Shown one piece after another: positions 29,015 to 39,963 of a stretch of DNA of 64,000 bases. The stretch comes from Candidatus Marinacidobacterium sp. (GTDB lineage Bacteria; Acidobacteriota; Vicinamibacteria; Marinacidobacterales; Marinacidobacteraceae), in assembly GCA_965204755.1 (NCBI GenBank), contig OZ242011.1, forward strand, positions 256,001 to 320,000, given 5' to 3'. Numbering within the stretch: the stretch's first letter is position 1; each line of letters starts with the position of its first letter. The notes under the pieces are model-generated. The model did not search any database. It was not told where the DNA came from and saw only the letters and a program-made list of their open reading frames with translations. A program made the position numbers and the translations under genes.

Positions 29015-30211
29015 TCAGTGCTGCAGGCGGTTGACGACCCGGAAGACCCCCGGAGTGCTCCGGGCGATGGACTCGAGCACCCGCGCCTCCACCGGGCTGC
29101 GCACGACGCCGGTGAGCGCCACCACGCCCCGCGACACCACGATGTGGATCGGCGGATTCACCCGGTTCGCGCGGTCGGAGAATCTCGAGTCGCGGTAGAT
29201 CCGGTAGTAGAGCGCCCGCCGCAGGTCCTGGTCGTTCGGCGAGAGCGGCAGCACCTCGATCCGGTTGTCCACGCCGCTGACGCCGAAGACCTTCGACACC
29301 CGCTCTTCGACTTCGTCCTTCTTGAACGGCTCGGTAACCGCGCCGAGCAGGACGATCCGGTTCCCGTCCTCGAGGGAGAAGTTGAGGTCGTCGAAGACCG
29401 TGTAGTACGAGTAGCGAAGGATCGCCCGGCGGACGCCGTCCACCAGGTCGTCCCGGCTTTCGGGCGCCGCGACCTCGAGGTCCGGGTCCACCGCCGCCAC
29501 GCCGGCCACCGACTCCGCCCGCTCGTTCACTTCCCGCCAGTCCCGGAAGTGCGCCACCTGTCCGGTCAGGCGGACGACGCCGTCCTCGACCGCGACCTGC
29601 GGAGCGCCGATTTCGAGGTCCGCGTCCTCGAGAGCCGCCACCACATCGGAGCGGACGGCCTCGTCGGGACGGCGGGCCGCCGCCGGCCCGACGCCGCCCT
29701 CCGCGGGGGAGGCCCGGTCGGCGCGCCGGTCGGCGGGTCGGGCCGCCGCCGCCGGGGTCGGCGCTTCCGACCCGGCGGCGGCGGTCCGCCCGGACGACTC
29801 CTCCCCTTCCCCGCGTTCGGACTCGTCCTCCTCGGCGTTCGGCTCCAGCACGGTGAGGTCGGTCTCGACGGCGACCACCCCCTCGACGAACAGCGCCAGT
29901 TCCACCACGCGGGCGCGGGTGGACTCCCGCAGGACTTCGCCCTCCAGGTAGGCCACCCCGTCGCGCACGGTGACTTCGAAGAGACCGATCGGCAGGTCGG
30001 CCTCCTCGATGGCCGCCGTGACCTCTTCGGTCAGCACGGTGTCCGACCGGGGCTGGGCGGGCGCGGGAACCGCGGCGAACGCCGCGACCGGCGCGGCGAC
30101 CGACAGGGCGAAAAGCAGGGCGAAAAGCAGGGCGGGAAACAGGGTGCGAGGCAGGACGCGCGCCGGAGTCCCGAACGCCGGGCGCCGTTCCGAGTAGAGC
30201 ATCGAAGTCAT
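29015..30211 (-). CDS. Secreted protein with four BON domains
   Basis: ATG 30211 with GGAG RBS; signal peptide; four units of type V.V.DGVV.L.G.V...A..V.GV..V.N.L. Confidence 0.85.
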   Translation of the reverse strand: MTSMLYSERRPAFGTPARVLPRTLFPALLFALLFALSVAAPVAAFAAVPAPAQPRSDTVLTEEVTAAIEEADLPIGLFEVTVRDGVAYLEGEVLRESTRARVVELALFVEGVVAVETDLTVLEPNAEEDESERGEGEESSGRTAAAGSEAPTPAAAARPADRRADRASPAEGGVGPAAARRPDEAVRSDVVAALEDADLEIGAPQVAVEDGVVRLTGQVAHFRDWREVNERAESVAGVAAVDPDLEVAAPESRDDLVDGVRRAILRYSYYTVFDDLNFSLEDGNRIVLLGAVTEPFKKDEVEERVSKVFGVSGVDNRIEVLPLSPNDQDLRRALYYRIYRDSRFSDRANRVNPPIHIVVSRGVVALTGVVRSPVEARVLESIARSTPGVFRVVNRLQH

Positions 30212-30308
30212 GGGTTCTCCTTCCACTCCCGGATTTTTGCAACCCGCGTGCCCCCGCCGGGCGCCCCGCGGCCTGGCCACCGCCGTCACCCCGGGGGCGA
30301 AACCCCGA

Positions 30309-30794
30309 TCAAAGCGGATCTTCCGCGAGACCGGCGAGGCCGAGCACCACCCGCCAGTGCTCGGGAGTCACCGGCTGGACCGAGAGCCGCTGTCCCCGCT
30401 TCAGCAGCGCCATCCCCTCGAGTTCGGGCTGCCCGCGAAGGAAAGGCAGCGGGAGTTCCTCCGCCAGCCGGGCGACGAATTCGATGTCCACCATGTACCA
30501 CCACGGCTTCTCCTCGGTGGCCCGGGGGTCGTGGTAGTGCGATTCCGGATCGAACTGGGTGAAGTCCGGGTACGCCAGCCGGCAGACCCGCGCCAGCCCG
30601 GCGATCCCCGGCGGCTTGGCGTTCGAGTGGTAGAAGAGCACGCCGTCCCCGATCTCCATGCTCTTCATGAGGTTCCTCGCCTTGAAGTTCCGCACCCCGT
30701 CCCAGTGCGTCCGCCCGTCGCGCTCCAGATCGGAGATCCCATAGACCTCCGGTTCACTCTTCATCAGCCAGTAGCGCCGCCCGGTCCCGCTCAC
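30309..30794 (-). CDS. EVE domain protein
   Basis: YWLMKSEP, WDGVRNFKARN, FYHS, YPDFTQFDP, RLSVQPV. Confidence 0.92.
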   Translation of the reverse strand: MSGTGRRYWLMKSEPEVYGISDLERDGRTHWDGVRNFKARNLMKSMEIGDGVLFYHSNAKPPGIAGLARVCRLAYPDFTQFDPESHYHDPRATEEKPWWYMVDIEFVARLAEELPLPFLRGQPELEGMALLKRGQRLSVQPVTPEHWRVVLGLAGLAEDPL

Positions 30795-30861
30795 GGAACG
30801 GAGACTAGCAGCCGGCGTCCGCTCGGTACACTCGGTGGCCCTCGAGAGGAGATCTCCTGCG

Positions 30862-32175
30862 ATGAATCGTCCCGCCACCACCCCGCTTCTCGCTTCGCTG
30901 CTCCTGGCCTCCACCGCCGCAGCCGCCGCCGCGCAGCAGCCCGGCGACTGGGACGACCGCATCCGCGAAGCGGTCGCCGTCCACGAAGAGGAGACCGTGG
31001 CCTTCCGCGAGCACATCCACGAGTTCCCCGAACTGGGGAACCGGGAATTCGAGACCGCGCGGAGGGTCGCGGAGCACCTGCGGGCGCTCGGCTTCGACGA
31101 AGTGCGGGAGAAGGTCGCGCACACCGGCGTCGTCGGCGTGCTGCGCGGCGGCCGTCCGGGGCCGGTGGTCGCGGTGCGCGCCGACATGGACGCCCTCCCG
31201 GTGACCGAAGACACCGACCTGCCCTTCGCCTCCAAGGTGCGCACCACCTACAACGACCAGGAAGTCGGCGTGATGCACGCCTGCGGACACGATGTCCACA
31301 CCGCGGTGCAATACGGCGTCGCGTCGGTGCTCGCCGGGCTCCGCAGCGAACTCCCCGGCACGGTGCTCTTCATCTTCCAGCCGGCGGAGGAAGGCCCGCC
31401 CCCGGGAGAGAGGGGCGGCGCCGAACTCATGCTCGAAGAAGGCGCCTTCGCCGACCCCCGTCCGCAGGCGATCTTCGGGCTCCACACGCTCTCCGGGCTC
31501 CCGCTGGGGACGATCGGCTACACCTCCGGGCCGGCGCTCGCGGCGGTGGACCACTTCCAGGCGACGATCACCGGCGTGCAGACCCACGGCGCGCAGCCGC
31601 AGGCCGGGGTGGATCCGGTGGTGATGGCGGCGCAGGCGATCCTCGGCATCCAGACCATCGCCTCGAGGAATGTGCACCCGCTGAAGCCGGTGGTCGTAAC
31701 CGTGGGCATGGTGCACGGCGGCCAGCGCTTCAACATCATTCCCGACACCGTGGACATCGAAGGCACCGTGCGCACCTACGACCCGGAGGTGCGCGACCTG
31801 GTGGAGGCGCGGATGGCGGAGGTCCTCGACGGCGTCACCGCCTCCGGCGGGGGCTCGTACTCGCTCGACTACCGCCGGGGAATGCCGGCGACGATCAACG
31901 ACCCGGAACTCACCGACGAGAGCCTGCCCTCCGTCACCCGCGTGGTCGGAGCGGAGAACACCGAAGAACTCGACCCGACCATGGGCGGCGAGGACTTCTC
32001 CTTCTTCGCCAACGAGGTTCCCGGCTTCTTCTACCGGCTGGGCGTCCACCGGGAGGGCACGCGGACCGGCCCGCACCACTCGCCGTTCTTCCGGGCGGAC
32101 AACGCCTCCGTCGCGATCGGGATGCGGGTCATGTCCACCATCCTCACCGACTACCTGTTCCGGAACGCGCCGTAG
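30862..32175 (+). CDS. Secreted M20-family amidohydrolase
   Basis: HEFPELGNREFET, RADMDALP, MHACGHD, FQPAEEG, GGEDF, HH; signal peptide. Confidence 0.9.
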   Translation: MNRPATTPLLASLLLASTAAAAAAQQPGDWDDRIREAVAVHEEETVAFREHIHEFPELGNREFETARRVAEHLRALGFDEVREKVAHTGVVGVLRGGRPGPVVAVRADMDALPVTEDTDLPFASKVRTTYNDQEVGVMHACGHDVHTAVQYGVASVLAGLRSELPGTVLFIFQPAEEGPPPGERGGAELMLEEGAFADPRPQAIFGLHTLSGLPLGTIGYTSGPALAAVDHFQATITGVQTHGAQPQAGVDPVVMAAQAILGIQTIASRNVHPLKPVVVTVGMVHGGQRFNIIPDTVDIEGTVRTYDPEVRDLVEARMAEVLDGVTASGGGSYSLDYRRGMPATINDPELTDESLPSVTRVVGAENTEELDPTMGGEDFSFFANEVPGFFYRLGVHREGTRTGPHHSPFFRADNASVAIGMRVMSTILTDYLFRNAP

Positions 32176-32220
32176 TCCGCGACGGGCGGGCGCCCGCCGG
32201 GTTCCGCCCCCCGGCGGGGG

Positions 32221-33936
32221 TCAGCGGGGGGTCGGGACGAAGGGCAGGAGGGCGAGGCGGGCGCCGCGGAGGGCGGGGAGCAGCAGCCGGGAGCGGGAGC
32301 GGAACCCGCCGCCCGACAACTCCGCCTCCAGGCGGTCGAACAGGGTCGGCGGCCGCGGCAGGGTGACCACCTCCACCGGGTCGTCGGGATCGAACCCGGC
32401 GGCGACGGCGGCGGCGCGAACCGCCCGGTCGAGCCCGCCGAGTTCGTCCACGAGGCCGGCGCCGACCGCCTGCCCGCCGGTGAACACCCGGCCCTGCCCC
32501 ACCCGGTCCACTTCCTCCGGCGTCATCCCGCGCGCCCCGGAGACGCGGGTCAGGAACCTCTCGTACCCCTCGCCGACCATTTCCCGCAGGCGCTCCATCT
32601 CGGCTTCGTCGAGCGGGCGGGCCGGGTTCAGCCAGTTCGACTCCGCGCCGACTTCGACGGTCTCGACGGAGACCCCCACCTTCTCGAGCAGCCCGCCGAC
32701 GCTCGGGCGGATCACGAAGATGCCGATGGAGCCGGTGACGCTCAGCGGATCGGCCCAGACCTCGCGGGCCGCGGTGGCCACCCAGTAGCCGCCCGACGCC
32801 GCCACATCCCCGAAGGAAGCGAGCACCGGCTTGTCCTCGCCGGCGCGGCGGGCCGCCCGCCAGATGTCCTCCGAGGCGGTGTCCACCCCGCCCGGGCTGG
32901 AGACCCGGAGGACGACGGCGTCCACCGACTCCTCCTCTTCCGCCCACTCGATCGCCTCGACCACGGTGTCCGCGCCGGCGACGGTCCCGAACAGCAGGTC
33001 CAGACCGCTCTTCCCGGGAACGATCGCGCCGTGGATGTGGACGACCGCCACCCGCGCCCCGGCCCCGTCCGGCGCGCCCCGCGACCGCAGGTAGGACGCC
33101 GGGGAAACGCGCTCCCCGCCCAGCGCCTCGTCCACCTCGTCCGCGTAACTCACCCGGTCGGCCAAGCCCGTCCCGACCGCTTCCGAAGCGGTGTACGGCC
33201 CGCCGGAGGAGAGCCGTTCCGCCTCTTCCTCGCCGAGGCGCCGCCCTTCGGCGACGGCCCTCGTCACCTCCGCCCGGAAGTCCCGTCCGATCCCGGTGAG
33301 TTGCTCCCGGTGCTCCGCCGTCATCCGGGCCCGGGTCCAGGCCTGCGGCGCGGTCTTGTACCGGCCGACGGCCACGCTCTGCACCTCGACGCCGACCTTC
33401 TCGAACAGGTCGCCGTAGAGCGCCACCTCGAACACGATCCCGTGGAGCGCGAGTTGCCCGATCGGGTGGACATGGATCGTCTCCGCCGCGGTGGCCAGGT
33501 AGTAGTCCAGGAGGCCGGCGTAGGTGAGCGCGGCGGTCACCGGCTTCCCGGACTCGCGGAACGCCGCGGCGGCCTCGCGGAGGGTTCGCGCCCTCGCCCA
33601 GCCGAGCGAGGCGCCGTCCACTTCCAGGTGGAGCCCGCCGATGCGGGGATCCTCGGCGGCGAGGGTCACCGCCTCGACCAGTTCCCGGAAGGTGATCGCC
33701 GGCTCCGAGAAGGGGAGCGGCTCCTGCGCCAGCGCCTCGGGATAGGCCGCCGCGGCGTCCACCACCAGCACCGCCCCGTCCGGCGCCTCCGGGGCGGCCC
33801 GGAAGAGGACGAGGCCGAGCAGCGCCGCCAACAGGACGACGCATCCCGCGGCGGCGGCGAGGAAGAGGAGCGCGCACCCGCCGCGCCGACGGCGCGCGCC
33901 GGGCGGAGGAGGCGGTGGCGGGAGCGGGGTGTTCAT
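32221..33936 (-). CDS. sppA: Signal peptide peptidase SppA (protease IV)
   Basis: Two S49 domains; VGRYK, VLRVSSPGG, VAASGGYW, TGSIGIF, GRVFTG.QA. Confidence 0.92.
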   Translation of the reverse strand: MNTPLPPPPPPPGARRRRGGCALLFLAAAAGCVVLLAALLGLVLFRAAPEAPDGAVLVVDAAAAYPEALAQEPLPFSEPAITFRELVEAVTLAAEDPRIGGLHLEVDGASLGWARARTLREAAAAFRESGKPVTAALTYAGLLDYYLATAAETIHVHPIGQLALHGIVFEVALYGDLFEKVGVEVQSVAVGRYKTAPQAWTRARMTAEHREQLTGIGRDFRAEVTRAVAEGRRLGEEEAERLSSGGPYTASEAVGTGLADRVSYADEVDEALGGERVSPASYLRSRGAPDGAGARVAVVHIHGAIVPGKSGLDLLFGTVAGADTVVEAIEWAEEEESVDAVVLRVSSPGGVDTASEDIWRAARRAGEDKPVLASFGDVAASGGYWVATAAREVWADPLSVTGSIGIFVIRPSVGGLLEKVGVSVETVEVGAESNWLNPARPLDEAEMERLREMVGEGYERFLTRVSGARGMTPEEVDRVGQGRVFTGGQAVGAGLVDELGGLDRAVRAAAVAAGFDPDDPVEVVTLPRPPTLFDRLEAELSGGGFRSRSRLLLPALRGARLALLPFVPTPR

Positions 33937-34016
33937 GAGGGAAAGGGCCCGGAGGGTTCAGCGCCCGTCGGCGCGGGCGGAGGGGCGGGCCGCCGGCGGG
34001 GAGGCCGCGCCGCCGG

Positions 34017-34805
34017 TCAACCGGAAGCGCCGGGTTCGCTGCCGGAGGGCCGGTCGGGGGCGGCGGGCCCGGAACCGGGGTCGGAGCCGGCGGCGTCGGC
34101 GCCGGTCGCCGGCTCCCCCTCCCCGGCGGTCGGGAGCCGCTCCAGCCGGGCGTCGGCGAGCGGGCGGAACGCGGAGAACGGGAACTCCTCGGCCAGCCGC
34201 CGGTAGGAAGCGGCGGCGGCTTCCGGGCGGCCCTGTTCCTCTTCGAGGACGCCGAGTTCGAAGAGCACCGGGTCGAGCGGCAACTCGCCGCCTTCCTGCT
34301 CGACCAGGCCGCGGTAGGCCGCCGCGGCTTCTTCCCCCTGCCCCGCCCGGCGCTTGACCCCGGCGAAGTCCATGGTGGCCAGCGAATCCAGCAGGTCGCC
34401 GCGCCCGCGCACCCCGTCGAAGGCGGCCGCCGCGGAGGCGAGGTCCCCGAGCGCCCGGTGGCAGACGCCGGCGTAGTACCGGGCGGTGCGCCCTTCCACC
34501 GAGTTGCCGCGTTCGTCCGCGAGCGCGATCAGCCCGGTGAGCGAGGACTGGCAGGGTTCGCGCTGCCCGAGTTCCCCGTCCGCCGCCGACTGGATGTCCG
34601 CGAGCAGCGCCGCCAGCCGGACGCGGGCGGCGTCCCGCCGGGCGCCGCGCTGGACGAGGAGGCCCCCGATGAGGAGCGCCGCCCCGACGAGCGCCAGCAG
34701 GCCGGTCAGCACTGTCCGGCGGTGCTCCCGGACCCAGTCGCTCGCCTGCTCCACCCGGAGCAGGAGCGCGTCCGTCTCGAGTTGCCGCCGTTCTTCGCGC
34801 CGCAT
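34017..34805 (-). CDS. YfgM-like membrane-anchored TPR protein
   Basis: N-terminal R.E.R.L..D motif, single TM, TPR helices ending EFPFS. Confidence 0.7.
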   Translation of the reverse strand: MRREERRQLETDALLLRVEQASDWVREHRRTVLTGLLALVGAALLIGGLLVQRGARRDAARVRLAALLADIQSAADGELGQREPCQSSLTGLIALADERGNSVEGRTARYYAGVCHRALGDLASAAAAFDGVRGRGDLLDSLATMDFAGVKRRAGQGEEAAAAYRGLVEQEGGELPLDPVLFELGVLEEEQGRPEAAAASYRRLAEEFPFSAFRPLADARLERLPTAGEGEPATGADAAGSDPGSGPAAPDRPSGSEPGASG

Positions 34806-34830
34806 GGGGGAACCAGGAATTCTACGGCGT

Positions 34831-37464
34831 TCAGGCCGCTCCCCGGTCGGCGGCCGGCGGGGAGAGGCGGGCCAACTGCCGTCCCAGCCGGGTCCAGAGC
34901 CAGGGCGTCCGGCGGACGGAGAGGTCGAGCAGGTAGGCGACCAGCGCCAGCAGCGCCAGCAGCGGCCAGAGGTCCCGGGAGCGGACCACCCGGTCGCCGC
35001 CGGCGGCGAGCACTTCGCCGATGGTCGGCGCCACCGAGCCGCCGGTCTCCTCCGCCAGCGCGGCCAGCGCTTCGTCGGCGGGTGGGAGGAAGCGGTACTC
35101 GTCGGGGTAACTCAGGTGGATGGCGCGCTCCAGCGGAGGGCCGTTCGCGTCGGCGAGCAGCCCCGCCGGGAGGCTCTCCTCCAGCACGCGGAAGCGCGCC
35201 GCGCCGCCCGGCTCCAGGTCGAGCGGCGCCTCGGCCGCGAACCGGCCGGGGCCGGTCTGGCGCATCGGCGCCCGGGCCACCCGCCCGGACGAGTCGCGGA
35301 CTTCGAGTTCCGGCGCCACTCCGGTCGGGAACGCGCCGTCCTCCCCGATCAGGGAGAGGCGCGCCTCGGCGGCGCCGCCGGCGCGGACGACCTCGAAGTC
35401 GAGTTCCGGCCCGGCCCCGCGCCGCATGGCGTCGCGGACGACCTGCGTCCAGAACCGGCCGTACCCCTCCCAACCGATCCAGTCCGCCGCCCAGCGGTTC
35501 TTGCAGTCGGAAGCGAACAGCGCGGCGCGGCCGAGCCCGTATTGCCACCGCGCCAGCAGCGGCTCCTCTTCCGGACCCTCGAGCAGGACTTCCGCGGTGT
35601 CCTTGGCCATCGTGGCGACGAAACCCTTGAGTTCCGGCGCCTGCTCGAAGTCGAGCCCGTCGAGCACCCGGGCCTGTTGGCGCACCAGCGGACGGAACGG
35701 CTCTTCGACCAAAGTCGCGTCCAGCGCGATCTGGGTCTCCTCGACGAAGATCTGCTGCACCCGGGCGGCGTCCCGGATGAAGTAACTGCGGCCCTCGCCC
35801 CAGTCCGCGATGTCCGACAGCAGTTCCCGGTCGGCTTCCTCGCCCACCGCCACCGTCGAGATCGTGATCTCGTCCTCCTGCATCCGGCCGACCAACTCCT
35901 CGTAGTCGTCCGGATAGGTCTTGCCGTCGGAGAGCAGGATCACATGCTTGACCTTCGACGGGCTCTCGTTCAGTTGCTCGTAGGCCCGGTCGAGCGCCGG
36001 GTAGATGTTCGTCTGCGCGCTGGCCTGGATGCGGCTGATCCCTTCCTTGATCCAGTCCCGGTCGGCGACGACCTGGAGCGGGATGGTGGTGTACGGATTC
36101 CAGTCGAAGGTGACCACGCCGAAGCGGTGGGTGTCTTCGAGCAGGTCGAGCGCCGCCTTGGTCGCTTCCTTGGCGAGGGCGATCTTGCGTCCGTACATGC
36201 TGTAGGACTTGTCGAGCACGATGACCAGCGAGAGGTCCTTCCACTTCTCCTCGATGCGGAAGTCCACCGGGAGCGCCTCCTCGAGGACGGATTCGGAGTA
36301 CCCGTCCTCGCCGTAACTCGATTCGCCGGCGGCGAAGACCAGCCCGCCGCCGTCGTCGCGCACATAGCGGGCGATCCGGCCCATCGTCCGCTCGGGGATC
36401 TCGGTCGGGGGGATGTCGCTGAGCACCACCGCGTCCCAACGTTCGAGGTCGAGGAAGGCGAGCGCCGCCGGCGGGGCGGTCTCCACTTCGACCCCGCCCT
36501 CTTCGAGCGCCGCCCGGAGGTAGCGGGCGCTCTCCGGCTGCCCTTCCACATAGAGCACGCTCGCCGGCGCGGCGATCGGCGCCTCGACCGCGCGCCGGTC
36601 GTTGAGGGGCAGCCGGTCTCCCGCGACTTCGACTTCCGCTTCGAGGAGCGCCATCCCCGGCTCCTCGATCCGCACCGGCACCGGCACGGTGGAAACGCCC
36701 GGCGGGAGGGCCACGGAGATCCGCGTCAGCGGCTCGCCGGCGCGCAGCAGGCGGATGTTCGCCGGCCCGCCGGCCGCCGAGTGGACCTCGACTTCGACCC
36801 CCACCATCTCGCCGGCGCGGGCGCCGGGAGGCACCTCGATCCGGTTCACGGAGGCGCCGCCGTCGCTGCGGACGGCCGAGGGCGCGGGAAAGACCCGGAC
36901 GCCCGAGTCCCGGAGCAGCGAGAGCGCCCGGCCGAGGTCGCCGTCGGTCGCCCGGCCGTCGCTGAACAGGACCAGCCGCTTCAGCCGGTCCGGCGGGAAC
37001 CGGGAGGCGGCGTGGCGGAGCGCCGCCTCGATGTCGGTGCGCCCCTGGTCGAGCGCGCCCGGCGGCGCCCGGCCCGGCGTGGATCCGCTGTCGAACACCC
37101 GGACGCCGAGCAGGTCGGAAGCGCCGTCCACGGAGACCGGGCGGTCGGCGAAGGCGATGAAGTGGGCGTTCTCCGGGCCGAGCGTCCGGCCGGCCTCCTC
37201 CGCCCAGGCCACCGCCTCCCGAAGGGATTCCGGCGCCACGCTCCGGGACACATCGAGCAGGAAGGCCACGGAGACTTCGCCGGCGCCGGCCCGCACCACC
37301 GGGCGGCAGAGCGCGAAGAGCAGCAACCCGACCGCGGCCGCCCGCAGGACGAGCGAGGCCCGGAGCCGGGGCTTCGGCCACCGGAGCCCGGAGCGGAGCC
37401 CCACCCACAACACCACCCCGAGGAGGGGAAGGAGCAGGAGCGGCCAGGACGCCTGGAAGGCCAT
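34831..37464 (-). CDS. Membrane protein with two VWA domains and a GATase1-like domain
   Basis: BatA-like N-terminal TM; LLDVSRSV and VLDKSYSM MIDAS, LFSDG/LLSDG; PLLARWQYGLGR; C-terminal TM. Confidence 0.85.
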   Translation of the reverse strand: MAFQASWPLLLLPLLGVVLWVGLRSGLRWPKPRLRASLVLRAAAVGLLLFALCRPVVRAGAGEVSVAFLLDVSRSVAPESLREAVAWAEEAGRTLGPENAHFIAFADRPVSVDGASDLLGVRVFDSGSTPGRAPPGALDQGRTDIEAALRHAASRFPPDRLKRLVLFSDGRATDGDLGRALSLLRDSGVRVFPAPSAVRSDGGASVNRIEVPPGARAGEMVGVEVEVHSAAGGPANIRLLRAGEPLTRISVALPPGVSTVPVPVRIEEPGMALLEAEVEVAGDRLPLNDRRAVEAPIAAPASVLYVEGQPESARYLRAALEEGGVEVETAPPAALAFLDLERWDAVVLSDIPPTEIPERTMGRIARYVRDDGGGLVFAAGESSYGEDGYSESVLEEALPVDFRIEEKWKDLSLVIVLDKSYSMYGRKIALAKEATKAALDLLEDTHRFGVVTFDWNPYTTIPLQVVADRDWIKEGISRIQASAQTNIYPALDRAYEQLNESPSKVKHVILLSDGKTYPDDYEELVGRMQEDEITISTVAVGEEADRELLSDIADWGEGRSYFIRDAARVQQIFVEETQIALDATLVEEPFRPLVRQQARVLDGLDFEQAPELKGFVATMAKDTAEVLLEGPEEEPLLARWQYGLGRAALFASDCKNRWAADWIGWEGYGRFWTQVVRDAMRRGAGPELDFEVVRAGGAAEARLSLIGEDGAFPTGVAPELEVRDSSGRVARAPMRQTGPGRFAAEAPLDLEPGGAARFRVLEESLPAGLLADANGPPLERAIHLSYPDEYRFLPPADEALAALAEETGGSVAPTIGEVLAAGGDRVVRSRDLWPLLALLALVAYLLDLSVRRTPWLWTRLGRQLARLSPPAADRGAA

Positions 37465-37763
37465 GGGGGATCGGGTGGAGCGCCCCGGCCCGGTTCGGCC
37501 GGCCCGGGGGGGCCGGGCCGCCGGGCGGCGCGCAACCCGCTAATTTCGCACATTCCCGCCGGGGCGCCGCCGGCCCCGCTCCGGCCCCTCCCCGCCACCC
37601 CGGAAAACGACCCCGGAAGGGCGTCCCCTCTTCGAGTCCCGGCGGCGCCCGGCCCCTCCCCCCGGACTGCTACGCTCGCCGAAGGGCGCGCGCCCTCGGA
37701 ACGCGGCCCCAGGAGCGATCGAACGCCCGGCCCGGAACGGGGCCGGAACGAGGAGAAGGACGC

Positions 37764-39863
37764 ATGAACGCAACGGGCCCCTCCCCCCGCAACACCCTCG
37801 CCCGCCTCGCGCCGGCGGCGGCCTTCGCCGCCCTCGCCGCCTCGCCGGCGGCGGCCCAGGACGCCGCGCCGCGCCTCGTGGTCGAGCCGGCGGAGTTGAC
37901 GCTGGAAGTGGGCGAGTCGCGCCAACTCACCGCCCGGGTGATCGGGCCCGACGGGGAGGAAGTCGCCGACGCGCGGGTGGTGTTCTTCTCCGGGAACCGG
38001 CTGGCGCTCTCGGTGACGCCGAGCGGGTTCGTCACGGCGAACCGCCCCGGTGAGCACCGCGCCACCGCGCTCCTGCCCGACCGGCCGTTCGACGGCGCCT
38101 GGGACTCCTACAGCCGCCGCGACCCGGGGATCCGCGCCGCGGTCGCCGTCACCGTCCCGACGCCGGCGGTCGCGGAACTCTTCTTCGACGACCCGCCGAC
38201 GGAGGCGTGGGCCGGGACGGCGAGGCCGCTCTCCGTCTCCGGTCGGGACCGCGCCGGGGACTTCCGGCCGGCGCTCGAGGCCGAGTACGCGGTGAGCGAT
38301 CCGGCGGTCGCGGAAGTGGACGAATTCGGCGTCGCGTCCTTCCTCTCCCCCGGCGAGGTCGTCGTCACCGCCTCGAGCGGCGGGTTGAGCGTCACGCAGA
38401 CGATCCGGGTCGCGGAGAACCCGACCGCGCGGCTCGTCCTCGAAGCCCCGGAGCAGTCCGAAGTGCGCACCGGCGATGTGCTGAGGTTCCGGGCGGAGGC
38501 GCGGGACGCCGGGGGCGCGCCGCTTCCCGGGGCGCCGATCCGGTTCGCCCTCGAATCCCGCCCGGACGCCCACCGGCCCGAGTCGCTCGGCGCCGGCGCC
38601 CCGGCGCAGGTCACCGGGGACGGCCGGTTCGTGGCGGAGCAGTCGGGCCTCTACACGGTGGTGGCGATGAGCGGCGACCGGATCGCCCGGCGCGCGGTGC
38701 GGGCCGTTCCCCGGGGGGTCGGCCGCGAAGTGGAGTTCCTCGGCCACGCCCGGGTGTCGGACCGGGTGACCGCCGATCTTTGGGTCTGGGAGGGCGCGGA
38801 CGGGCGCGACTACGCGGTCCACGGCACCTGGAACGCCGAAGGCCACGCCTATTTCTACGATGTGACCGACCCCCGGAACATGGAACTCATCGACACGGTG
38901 CAGGTGGACGCCCGCACCGTGAACGATGTGAAGGTGTCCGCCGACGGGACGCTCTGCGTCCTCAGCCGGGAGGGCGCCTCCAACCGGCGGAACGGCTTCG
39001 TCCTGCTCGATGTGACGAACCCGCGCGAAGTGGAGATCCTGGCGAGTTTCGACCAGGGGCTCACCGGCGGCGTCCACAATGTGTTCCTCGACGAAAACCA
39101 TGTGTACGCGGTGAACAACGGCCGGCGGTGGGATGTGGTGAATGTGGAGGACCCGAGGAACCCCTTCCGGGTCTCCCGGTTCGAGACCGACACCCCGGGC
39201 CGCTCCGTCCACGATGTCTGGGTGCGCGACGGGATCGCCTACCAGGCCGGGCGCACCGACGGCCTGATCCTGGTGGATGTGGGCGGCGGCGGCCTCGGCG
39301 GCAGCCCGAACACCCCGGTGGAGATCGGGCGGTTCCCGCAGATCACCGGCTGGAACCACGCGGTCTGGCCGTTCCGCAGCCCTTCGACCGGCCGGCTGTA
39401 TGTGATCGGCGGGGACGAGGCCTTCCACCTGAGCCCCCGGCGGCCCGACGCCGGCGGCATCCTCTGGCGGGAGGGCATCCCCTCCCGCGCCAAGGGCTGG
39501 CTCCACTTCGTGGACTTCACCGACCCGGGCAACCCGGAGGAAGTGGCCCGGTTCCAACTCGCCGACTCCGGCCCCCACAACCTCTGGGTGGACTGGGAGG
39601 AAGAGGTCATGTATGTCGGCTACTACGACGCCGGGCTGCGGGTGGTGGACCTCTCCGGCGAGTTGCTGGGCGACCTCTACCGCCAGGGCCGGGAGATCGC
39701 CCGGTTCTTCCCCGAGGACAACGAGGGCTTCCTGGCGAACGCCGCGTTCACTTGGGGGCCGCAGCCCCACAAGGGGACGATCTTCCTCGCCGACTTCAAC
39801 AGCGGTCTCTGGGCGGTGCGCCTGAAACCGCCCGCGGACCCCGCCCCGACCGGCGGGCGCTAG
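37764..39863 (+). CDS. Secreted Ig-like + LVIVD-repeat beta-propeller protein (paralogue 1)
   Basis: Signal peptide; Ig-like N-terminus; DLWVWEG, VNDVKV, GGVHN, SVHDVW, LRVVDLSG, WGPQPHKG. Confidence 0.82.
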   Translation: MNATGPSPRNTLARLAPAAAFAALAASPAAAQDAAPRLVVEPAELTLEVGESRQLTARVIGPDGEEVADARVVFFSGNRLALSVTPSGFVTANRPGEHRATALLPDRPFDGAWDSYSRRDPGIRAAVAVTVPTPAVAELFFDDPPTEAWAGTARPLSVSGRDRAGDFRPALEAEYAVSDPAVAEVDEFGVASFLSPGEVVVTASSGGLSVTQTIRVAENPTARLVLEAPEQSEVRTGDVLRFRAEARDAGGAPLPGAPIRFALESRPDAHRPESLGAGAPAQVTGDGRFVAEQSGLYTVVAMSGDRIARRAVRAVPRGVGREVEFLGHARVSDRVTADLWVWEGADGRDYAVHGTWNAEGHAYFYDVTDPRNMELIDTVQVDARTVNDVKVSADGTLCVLSREGASNRRNGFVLLDVTNPREVEILASFDQGLTGGVHNVFLDENHVYAVNNGRRWDVVNVEDPRNPFRVSRFETDTPGRSVHDVWVRDGIAYQAGRTDGLILVDVGGGGLGGSPNTPVEIGRFPQITGWNHAVWPFRSPSTGRLYVIGGDEAFHLSPRRPDAGGILWREGIPSRAKGWLHFVDFTDPGNPEEVARFQLADSGPHNLWVDWEEEVMYVGYYDAGLRVVDLSGELLGDLYRQGREIARFFPEDNEGFLANAAFTWGPQPHKGTIFLADFNSGLWAVRLKPPADPAPTGGR

Positions 39864-39963
39864 TCGGCGGCGGGCGAGCCGCGCCCCGGAGGGCGGGGCG
39901 GAGAGTTGGCGATAATGTCTATTCGAGTTATCTTAAATAGGCCATAAGAAGGTTGAAACTAAC

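Noticed and set aside
30805-30815. ctagcagccgg resembling the element's left end
   Set aside because: Only about 11 bp with no downstream homology
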